Source: a virus (Duplodnaviria; Caudoviricetes). Taken from it: a stretch of DNA of 64,000 bases. Positions 27,051-34,656 of this stretch are shown here, one piece after another. The translations under genes were made by a program, and so were the position numbers. Positions within the stretch are counted from its first letter, which is position 1. Each line of letters begins with the position of its first letter. A model generated the notes under the pieces. That model searched no databases and was not told where the DNA came from. It saw nothing but the letters and a program-made list of their open reading frames with translations. The DNA lies in IMG/VR virus record IMGVR_UViG_3300014697_000001, positions 64,001 to 128,000 of that record; one strand, written 5' to 3'.

Positions 27051-27878
27051 ATGTCTATCAAGTCTGACAATTGGATCATTCATCAGTGCACCCGCCCTAC
27101 GCACCGGGTGTATGACTGCGATGGTCTCCCAGGCCGCCTGATTGCCCCACCGTACAGCGAAGAGGAGAAAGCCCTGATCGCCAACTGGTGCGATGAGAAC
27201 AAGCGCGACATCTTCGGCAATAAGGCTTATGCCAAACCCCTGTCGGATGATGATTGGCTGGATTGGAAGCCCATGATCGACAAGTTTCATGACCGCCCTG
27301 TGCGGTATGTCGATAAGGCCACCAACATGCCTTATCAGGGCGTCTTCATTGATGGCGAACCGTTGGATGAGGGCGTCCGTAAAGTGATTTCGTTCGGCAC
27401 CTCGTCCTATGGTTACGACGTTAGCCTGACGAGTGACCCCGACCAGATCAAGGTCTTCACCAACGTCTTCGAGCCTGAAATAGATCCCAAGCGCATGAAG
27501 GAGACCAACTTCGCAGCACCGTACATCCGGGTTGACGAAGACGGTGCCAAGTATGTGCTGATCCCGGCCCACAGTTACATCCAAGCTCCGACGGCCGAGT
27601 ACTTCAATATCCCGCGTGACGTATTGGTCATCGTGTTGGGTAAGAGTACCTATGCACGATCTGCGCTGATCTGCAACGTCACCCCCATTGAACCAGAGTT
27701 CGAAGGTGAAGTGGTCATCGAGGTCGCGAACGTGACCAATAGCCCGGTTCGCTGTTACCTTGGCGAAGGCATCGCACAGTTCTGTTTCTTCCAGGGTGAT
27801 GAAGCATGCCTGCGGTCGTACAAGGACAAGGCCGGCAAGTATCAAGGTCAACGTGGCTTGACCCTGGCACGGGTCTGA
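27051..27878 (+). CDS. dcd: dCTP deaminase
   Basis: MSIKSD.WI, ISFGTSSYGYDV, GKSTYAR, NVTPIEPE..G..IE, EGIAQ, KYQGQRG. Confidence 0.93.
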   Translation: MSIKSDNWIIHQCTRPTHRVYDCDGLPGRLIAPPYSEEEKALIANWCDENKRDIFGNKAYAKPLSDDDWLDWKPMIDKFHDRPVRYVDKATNMPYQGVFIDGEPLDEGVRKVISFGTSSYGYDVSLTSDPDQIKVFTNVFEPEIDPKRMKETNFAAPYIRVDEDGAKYVLIPAHSYIQAPTAEYFNIPRDVLVIVLGKSTYARSALICNVTPIEPEFEGEVVIEVANVTNSPVRCYLGEGIAQFCFFQGDEACLRSYKDKAGKYQGQRGLTLARV

Positions 27879-27965
27879 TTGGATTCACCTCCATTGTCAT
27901 ATCGGCAATGGTTAACCCGCCCACAAGGGCACAACCCATGCTACCGATGTAGCAGGAGGCTTCCC

Positions 27966-28361
27966 ATGGAAGATGTAAAAACCGCACCAACCGTCGTCGA
28001 CGGAATGACCGAGCGTCAAATCAAAGCACTGTACTGTCTGAACATTCTTCAGTTGATGGCTGTTCAGCGTCAGACAGTCCACTACGAGACCCTGGCCATC
28101 ATGTTGGGCCTCCCGACTCGTGGGAATGCCATGGCCAATGCTGTCTCTCTGGTGTTGCGTGATGTCTTTTCATTCTGCATCCGCGCGGGCTTGCCGCCAT
28201 TGACCGTGCTGGTAGTTCGTAAGCGTGGGACTGACAAGGGTATTCCAGGACCGGGTTTCTGGAAGCTGTACTTCCCAGATACTGTTCCGGACCTTGAAAC
28301 GCGTGTCTCCGTTACCGAACGCGAAACCGCTCGCTGTTTCGAGTTGTTCAGTCACCTGTAA
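27966..28361 (+). CDS. winged-helix-like hypothetical protein
   Basis: AGGAGG RBS; TVHY..LA..LG, C...GLPPLT.LVV.K..GIPG.GF pattern. Confidence 0.7.
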   Translation: MEDVKTAPTVVDGMTERQIKALYCLNILQLMAVQRQTVHYETLAIMLGLPTRGNAMANAVSLVLRDVFSFCIRAGLPPLTVLVVRKRGTDKGIPGPGFWKLYFPDTVPDLETRVSVTERETARCFELFSHL

Positions 28362-28424
28362 CCCCTAAGTCAACCATACAGGCGGGGCTACCCCGCCTGT
28401 ATGCCCCTTGTCAGAGAGATAATC

Positions 28425-29387
28425 ATGCCTAAGACGATTGTTCTGTACCACAAGAGCTGTAATGACGGTATTGCTGCTGCTTGGGCGGTGCACCAGAAAC
28501 TGAAAGACGTACCCGGCGAAGAAGTGAGTTACCTGCCTTACCAGTACGGCGATGAGCTGCCTGCAGAAGTCTGGGGGAACCATGTCATCATGGTGGATCT
28601 CAGTCTGCCCCGTGCCATGTTTGAGGCGATCTGTGTTGAGGTGGCCTCCATTCTCATCATCGATCATCACAAGACTGCCAAGGCCCTTGAGTCGATTATC
28701 CGCTCAGTGACTGGATATTCCGATTACATGGATCTGCGGCGTCAAGGCAAAAACACCTTCCTCTACCTGAACCAGCATTATAGCGGTGCTGTTCTTGCCT
28801 GGTCTTTCTTTAACGACATCCCCAATCTCAGTGAAGAGACCCCGCTGCCTGAAGCCTTGTCCCTGATCCAGGATTACGATCTCTGGAAACACAAACTGAT
28901 CCACACCCGGTCTTTCAATGCCTGGCTGTCGGCAGGGTGCTTGTCCATCGAGCGGTTCGATAGCGCGCTGAATGAAGACGGCACTGTCAAACCTGAAATC
29001 CTGGAGACAGGTCGGACGCTGGTGGAATACGACCATCGGATTGCATTGGGTATTGCCCGTGCCTACACCCGCCCTGTGGTCTGGAACGGCATCGAGGTGG
29101 CCACGGTCAACGCCCCTGCTCACTTGCGTAATGAAGTGGCAGACCTGTTGATGAAGGACTACTCTGTGGTGGTCTGCTACACCGTACGCAAAGACAAGAT
29201 CATCTACAGCCTGCGGTCAAATGAGGATGTCGATGTGAGTTCAATTGCCGAACAGTTCGGAGGTGGCGGTCATGCCAGTGCCGCAGCGTTCTCAGTGATC
29301 TCTGAAAACGGTGAACTTCGCGCCCTTCAATGGCTACATCCTAAACCCACTCTTCTCCAGCGCATCAAGCGCCTATTCGGGTTTTAA
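28425..29387 (+). CDS. DHH/DHHA1 phosphoesterase
   Basis: YH..C.DG, VD, IDHH, SGA.LAW, D.DLW, SLRS, GGGGHASAA. Confidence 0.9.
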   Translation: MPKTIVLYHKSCNDGIAAAWAVHQKLKDVPGEEVSYLPYQYGDELPAEVWGNHVIMVDLSLPRAMFEAICVEVASILIIDHHKTAKALESIIRSVTGYSDYMDLRRQGKNTFLYLNQHYSGAVLAWSFFNDIPNLSEETPLPEALSLIQDYDLWKHKLIHTRSFNAWLSAGCLSIERFDSALNEDGTVKPEILETGRTLVEYDHRIALGIARAYTRPVVWNGIEVATVNAPAHLRNEVADLLMKDYSVVVCYTVRKDKIIYSLRSNEDVDVSSIAEQFGGGGHASAAAFSVISENGELRALQWLHPKPTLLQRIKRLFGF

Positions 29388-29412
29388 CTCAACACTTCTG
29401 AGGTACACAACC

Positions 29413-30216
29413 ATGACTATTCAACGCACCTTCTGGCTTACTGTAGCGCTGCTACTGGTCTCTCTGATTGTCCTGCCGGCCCATGCCTTCAACCCACCCA
29501 CCCAAAGCAACATGAGCAACCTGCCGCTTTACTACCCCTGCTCTGTCAAGACGGCCAGTCACCATAAGCAAGGGGAAGGGTTCGTTTCCTGTGCCTGGAT
29601 CGGTGAATCGACCGTGGAGTTGTTCGATGAAAGTACAGGGCGGCACTACAACACCTTCAATCAGATCCTCTTCACGTGTTCGGGCCGTGGGCAATGCGTA
29701 GGTACAGGGGTCAACCAAGGCTACCCTGTAGGGGCTTATCCGGTCGGTAACCGGGGTGTCATCAATATCTGGTATTACCTAGATCAATCCACCGAAGGTC
29801 AGCCAATGGCTTATCGACTGGACCAGGGTCCTAATGCTGGACGGGGTCAGGTGGCTTACGTGGATGCTGCCAATTACATCCTTGAATACTACCAGACTTA
29901 TGGTGCCAGTGAAGATCTGATCAAGAACCGGATGGATCATCTCTACATTGGCGGTTTGGATGGTTATCTCTCTGACAGCCAGGTGCCTGACCTTGCACAG
30001 AAAGTCTCGATGGATGAAATCAATGAAGCCTGGTGCAACCCCAGGGCAGATGACGACTGCTCAATCAATGGTCGGGCGGTAAAGATAGCTGACCTGCCCA
30101 AATACCTGCCATTGGTCGATGAGACCCGTGTCGAGAATGAAGGTGGGATGTGCGAATACCCCATCTGCTACGACGGTAACGATAAACCCGTTGGTCTGCG
30201 TGCCAGCATGTACTGA
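29413..30216 (+). CDS. secreted cysteine-rich protein
   Basis: Sec signal peptide ending AHA-F; eight Cys in mature part. Confidence 0.75.
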   Translation: MTIQRTFWLTVALLLVSLIVLPAHAFNPPTQSNMSNLPLYYPCSVKTASHHKQGEGFVSCAWIGESTVELFDESTGRHYNTFNQILFTCSGRGQCVGTGVNQGYPVGAYPVGNRGVINIWYYLDQSTEGQPMAYRLDQGPNAGRGQVAYVDAANYILEYYQTYGASEDLIKNRMDHLYIGGLDGYLSDSQVPDLAQKVSMDEINEAWCNPRADDDCSINGRAVKIADLPKYLPLVDETRVENEGGMCEYPICYDGNDKPVGLRASMY

Positions 30217-30226
30217 GGAGAGACTC

Positions 30227-30610
30227 ATGAAAGAAGCATCTGTACGTCTAGGGGAATCTGCCTTGAACCTGTCTCCTGAGGCTGTCGAGAAACTTCATCG
30301 GTCAGCAGTTGCGGGTGGCCTACCGGTTGAGTTCGGTACGCCATCACTCTTTGGTCACCAGACGATCCAGCAGCGCGCCGACCGTCACGCCTCGGTGAAC
30401 GAGAAGAACGTCTGTGCAAAGATTGTCAGTGTTCACTATGACGAGTCCACTGGCCAACTGCGGGGTGTCATTCAACCTCATGGTCCCAAGAGCAAGTTGA
30501 TCAAGCAACTGATCGAGCGGGATCAAGCCGATCGGATGGTCCTTGGGATCAGGACACATATCAGCTCCAAGGCCTCTGAGATCATCGGGTTTGACCTGGT
30601 GCGGTTCTAG
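30227..30610 (+). CDS. degenerate prohead-protease-fold protein
   Basis: GAGGAG RBS; EFGTP, NVCAKI, VIQPHGP, LGIRT, IIGFDLV. Confidence 0.6.
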   Translation: MKEASVRLGESALNLSPEAVEKLHRSAVAGGLPVEFGTPSLFGHQTIQQRADRHASVNEKNVCAKIVSVHYDESTGQLRGVIQPHGPKSKLIKQLIERDQADRMVLGIRTHISSKASEIIGFDLVRF

Positions 30611-30676
30611 GGGCTGTAGCCGAGTCCTCACGGATTATTGTAAATCTAAAGACGAGAAGAAGACCAACTGGTGACC

Positions 30677-30714
30677 ACGACACAGGTGATGGGACATCCC
30701 ATCACCTGTGTCGT
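30677..30714. repeat. perfect 18-bp inverted repeat
   Basis: acgacacaggtgatggga-ca-tcccatcacctgtgtcgt. Confidence 0.85.
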
Positions 30715-30768
30715 ATTCTGTGACAGTAGCTGGAATTGTTATTTTTTTCTTTGGTCAAGAGTCGACAC

Positions 30769-31698
30769 ATGAACGGACTAATATTAAGCGCGGCAGCGTA
30801 TCGCAGATTGTCGAGAGGGTATTCGCGAGTCCTTGAGACGGTAGCGCCCTTCGAAGCCCGATCTCGGGTGGCCTCAGCAGTTATAGAGTCTAAAATTTAC
30901 TACTTTGGAGGGTGGGTTGATAGTGGCGATAACTACTCCGATGCTTTTTTCAGTTACGATGTAACTACAAAACAATTTGAATCACTGCCAAATCCATACG
31001 GAAAGCGAGCATTCTCGACATTAGTAGCCCATAATGGATTACTGTACATGTACGGCGGGCGTAACGCGACAGCTCGGTTCTCAAATGTTAGTCGATTCAA
31101 TCCTGTCACCAAAACATGGACAGAGCGAACATCCTTCCCGACTGCGCAGCGATTGATGGGTTCGGCCGCCACTGTGCTCAAAGATAAAATATATATCACA
31201 GGAGGCGCCTCAGATACCGGCCATTTCGACGGCCTGATGATCCACGATATACCGAAAAATACTAGCACTGTATATTCACTCGGTTCGAAAGGGCGCCGAT
31301 ACGGTAAGGCGGTCACTCTGGACAATAACGTATATTCTATCGGCGGGATCAATTCCGATATAGCAACTATATTTCCCGATGTCGATATTTATAGTGAGGC
31401 GCCCCAGAGGCAGGCAGGTGTGCCGTTACCTGCAGGTATGGAAAGATTTGGGGCGGCAGTTGTCGGTAATGAAATCGTCATTTACGGAGGGATTCGCTCA
31501 GAAAGCGGGTCGGCATACAGAACAGCAGATACCCAAATCTATTCACCTGCCACAAACACATGGAAAGTACTACCTAGCTCAGATACACCCATTGAACAAG
31601 TGACACTAGATGTTGTCAATGGAGAACTATATGCCTCGTTTGGCTGGATGTTAGACGAAGGGCGTCAAAATAAGATTTGGAAACTGGTTAGACAATAA
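30769..31698 (+). CDS. kelch-repeat beta-propeller protein
   Basis: Repeated IYYFGG, LYMYGG, IYITGG, VYSIGG, IVIYGG, LYASFG with downstream Y/F-x-P...W. Confidence 0.9.
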   Translation: MNGLILSAAAYRRLSRGYSRVLETVAPFEARSRVASAVIESKIYYFGGWVDSGDNYSDAFFSYDVTTKQFESLPNPYGKRAFSTLVAHNGLLYMYGGRNATARFSNVSRFNPVTKTWTERTSFPTAQRLMGSAATVLKDKIYITGGASDTGHFDGLMIHDIPKNTSTVYSLGSKGRRYGKAVTLDNNVYSIGGINSDIATIFPDVDIYSEAPQRQAGVPLPAGMERFGAAVVGNEIVIYGGIRSESGSAYRTADTQIYSPATNTWKVLPSSDTPIEQVTLDVVNGELYASFGWMLDEGRQNKIWKLVRQ

Positions 31699-31728
31699 CC
31701 CATTGTATCGATTTATTAGAGAATAACC

Positions 31729-32352
31729 ATGATCCGCATGACTCCCCCAATGGGTATTTCTGGTGCCTTCCTGTTTCGTGCGCCTTTCGTTGCAGATACG
31801 GACAAAAGTTATACCGTCATCGCCATTCGTCAATTCAACGAACTCATCGCCCGTGGGCAAGAGCCGTTGAAGCTGATCTATGCTCCAGTCGGGCTGACCG
31901 AGACCGCCTACAAGGATGACCTCTCACTGAATGCCCTGGTCATCTGTCTGCGTGATAAAGATGGATCATTGATCTATGTGCCTGACACCTACATCGAACG
32001 CTATCCAAGCATGGGCAGCATTCCCTACAGCCACTTGGTGCTGGCAGTCTCGTTAGGGATGTGGCCTGAGAACCGCAGTACCGACGATATCGTTCAGGCT
32101 ATCACCGAATCGGTCAAAGCCAAGATCGGTGTCGACCCGGTGTTCTACGTGACGCGTGCACCGGTCAGTGACCATGTCAGCGAGCAGCAACACACCCAGT
32201 TGACAGCGGCGCGGCGTGCGGCTGTGACCCACACAGAAACCGACACCGCCATCATCATTCGCCTGAGCGATACTGTCCAACGGATGCAAGCCACCATTGA
32301 TGAACAGACACTTCTGATCGAGGCCCTGGTCGCTGCACAGAACGCCCCATGA
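31729..32352 (+). CDS. conserved phiKZ-like protein (probably virion)
   Basis: TPP.G..G.F...PF, IYVPDTYI..YP motifs, C-terminal coiled coil; adjacent to DnaB. Confidence 0.75.
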   Translation: MIRMTPPMGISGAFLFRAPFVADTDKSYTVIAIRQFNELIARGQEPLKLIYAPVGLTETAYKDDLSLNALVICLRDKDGSLIYVPDTYIERYPSMGSIPYSHLVLAVSLGMWPENRSTDDIVQAITESVKAKIGVDPVFYVTRAPVSDHVSEQQHTQLTAARRAAVTHTETDTAIIIRLSDTVQRMQATIDEQTLLIEALVAAQNAP

Positions 32353-32356
32353 CAAA

Positions 32357-32394
32357 CGGCATAGAGAGCAGCCCTCGGGCTGCTCTCTTATGTT
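32357..32394. terminator. hairpin between convergent genes
   Basis: CGGCATA-gagagcagccc/gggctgctctc-TTATG. Confidence 0.75.
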
Positions 32395-32399
32395 GGCTC

Positions 32400-33959
32400 T
32401 TATGCTGCGATGTTTTCAATGTCGTCCCACGTAGCTCCGCCGCCTTCGGAGTTAGGACGTCCACCCACGACTTTGTAACTGAGGTCTTCATCCAGATCCA
32501 GGTCGTACGGGATGCCGTACATGTGGTTATCCAGATACCGCATGACGAAGTACTTGTGCGCCTCTGGAGTCGGCTCCACCACACCGCGGTGTTTACCCCA
32601 GATGTATTCCAAGTACGTGCCGTTGTTGACCACTTGTTTGTTGACGTAGAACTCCCAATCCACCTCGGTATCGAGCTTCTTACAACCCTGGTAGTAACCG
32701 CCGCCCGGCATGTCGCGAATGAACTTGGTGGGGTTCATGCGCTTCTCTTCCTTGGCTTGGGTCGAGAGCTGGTGTGCTGTGACCTGAAGGATCTTTTCAG
32801 CGGATGTGTACTCACGCACGCGCTTGAACAGGTCTTGCAGGTCGTCACCAGTCGAGCCTTGTGCACAGCCGTCTTTGCTGTACATTGCCAGGTAGTCGAC
32901 GAAAGATACTGCTACCTCATACCCTTTAGCCTTGTACTGCTCCAGGTGCTTGATGTACTTGGCATAGGAGAATGATGAACCCCGGATACGGTGAAGCTCC
33001 ACGTTCCAGCCACGGGCTTGCAGTTTCTCGATGACGTACTCGGCAGCAGCCTGCGGGTCCATACCTTTGACAGAGACTGCGTGACCGACTTCCCGCTGTC
33101 GCAGGATCACGTAGATCTTCTGGATGATCACTGGGATGTCATCTTCGGTACTGTAGAACAGAGCCAAAGGTTTCTTCTCAGGATCGAACAGGAAAGGATC
33201 GTTGAAAATGCAGGTGCCGATAAACAGGTCAAGCATAGTGCCTGACTTGTTGTTACCGGGCAGGGCATTGATCAGACCGAACTCACCGCGCCGACCACCT
33301 GCCTGAACGCCCATGAGACGGTTCAGGGCCTTGATTGGCCAGCGGATGATACCTTCGGTGCCCAAGGACTTATTCATGTCCTCGAACGCCGCGGTGACCG
33401 AACTCTTGTCCTGGAAGTTGACGCTGGTAATGAAGGCAGGGTCGACCCGGTCTTCAGTCTCCATGTCCACCGACAAGAGGTCTTGGGCGGTGTTGAGAAT
33501 AAAGCTGTCCCAGTCTTCGACTTCGGCTTCCTTGAAGCTCAGAGTGTAGGACGCCTTCTTGATGATTTCGTGCAGCTTCTCGCGGTTTTTGTAGCGGCGC
33601 AGTTCCTGCGAAATGTCATTGATATGTTTGCGGACGACGGACTCATCCGGGTACTTTCGGATAGACTTTTCAAGGGCTTTATAGGTGACATCGTCATGCT
33701 GGGTGTTCATCCGAAGTCGCTGAAGAAGCGAATCCGGTTCATATCTTTGTGAATCACCGTTATTAAGCATCCACAGGACTGTGGTGCGGAGATTGGCAAG
33801 GACGTTCCGCCCTTCGCCGATTTCGCTGATGTCATCTGGAAGCTGGAGGTTGGTCAATAGATCGCGAATTAACGAGACGTTACCGGATTTATACCCCTCT
33901 ACCTGGCTTTCAAGGTACAGAAGCGAAACGGATTTAACAAGGAATAGCTTAATGTCCAT
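32400..33959 (-). CDS. dnaB: DnaB-like replicative helicase (phiKZ gp118-like)
   Basis: GGRRGE, ALPGNNKS Walker A, STED, VDYL, TAHQLS, GKHRG; synteny with capsid gene. Confidence 0.9.
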   Translation of the reverse strand: MDIKLFLVKSVSLLYLESQVEGYKSGNVSLIRDLLTNLQLPDDISEIGEGRNVLANLRTTVLWMLNNGDSQRYEPDSLLQRLRMNTQHDDVTYKALEKSIRKYPDESVVRKHINDISQELRRYKNREKLHEIIKKASYTLSFKEAEVEDWDSFILNTAQDLLSVDMETEDRVDPAFITSVNFQDKSSVTAAFEDMNKSLGTEGIIRWPIKALNRLMGVQAGGRRGEFGLINALPGNNKSGTMLDLFIGTCIFNDPFLFDPEKKPLALFYSTEDDIPVIIQKIYVILRQREVGHAVSVKGMDPQAAAEYVIEKLQARGWNVELHRIRGSSFSYAKYIKHLEQYKAKGYEVAVSFVDYLAMYSKDGCAQGSTGDDLQDLFKRVREYTSAEKILQVTAHQLSTQAKEEKRMNPTKFIRDMPGGGYYQGCKKLDTEVDWEFYVNKQVVNNGTYLEYIWGKHRGVVEPTPEAHKYFVMRYLDNHMYGIPYDLDLDEDLSYKVVGGRPNSEGGGATWDDIENIAA

Positions 33960-34000
33960 GGATAAGCCTTAACCACCGCTCTAAAGAGGATGAATGTCTA

Positions 34001-34510
34001 ATGAGCAAAATCAAACTGGTCGTAGTCCCTGTCTGGCTCAACCTCATCATGAAGGAGCTGGGACTGTCGAATGCCGATCTCACTGATTGGGAAAAGTTGT
34101 CTGGCATAGTATCAAGCAGAGATCTTTTGATTTACCGCTTGGTGCAATCCCATCGTGAAGAAATCCTGAACATCCTGTTGGGTGAGGGTAAATGCACCTT
34201 CGATTTCGACGGTGTAGGTGAAAGCCTGAACCTCGAAGAACGTGCATTTTGCGCCAACGTGCCGTTCGAGACTACTGTCTTCGGTGCGACTACCAACAGG
34301 CAGGGTGAGCTACATGCCCATGTAGAAATGATCGACCAGAACACTCTGGGACTCTTTCTATGTACACAGGCATCGGATAAGCCTGAGCAGGATTTGAAAA
34401 CTACCCGTGCTGATCTTTCGCTTAAAATCAGTGCCGTACTCCATGGCATGGTAGGCGTACACGAGATGGCTAAAACTATCACGTTTCAGCACACCGTGAA
34501 CCAACTGTAA
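34001..34510 (+). CDS. conserved protein between DnaB and capsid gene
   Basis: Position and size as in phiKZ-like phages; GAGGA RBS. Confidence 0.75.
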   Translation: MSKIKLVVVPVWLNLIMKELGLSNADLTDWEKLSGIVSSRDLLIYRLVQSHREEILNILLGEGKCTFDFDGVGESLNLEERAFCANVPFETTVFGATTNRQGELHAHVEMIDQNTLGLFLCTQASDKPEQDLKTTRADLSLKISAVLHGMVGVHEMAKTITFQHTVNQL

Positions 34511-34656
34511 CTAAAAGCCGGTATTTTATTGAGGACTATTGCGGACATCTTTCTGCAATGGTATGCAAAACTTGCGTAAGTATCGGGGGACGGAGATGAA
34601 AACCCGGTATGCTCGCAGTCACGCAGCGCGCGCTGCAATCTTCGCGGAGAAACAAA

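Noticed and set aside
27075-27270. Insertion in dCTP deaminase as an intein/intron
   Set aside because: In frame, short, no splice-junction residues; probably a lineage-specific loop
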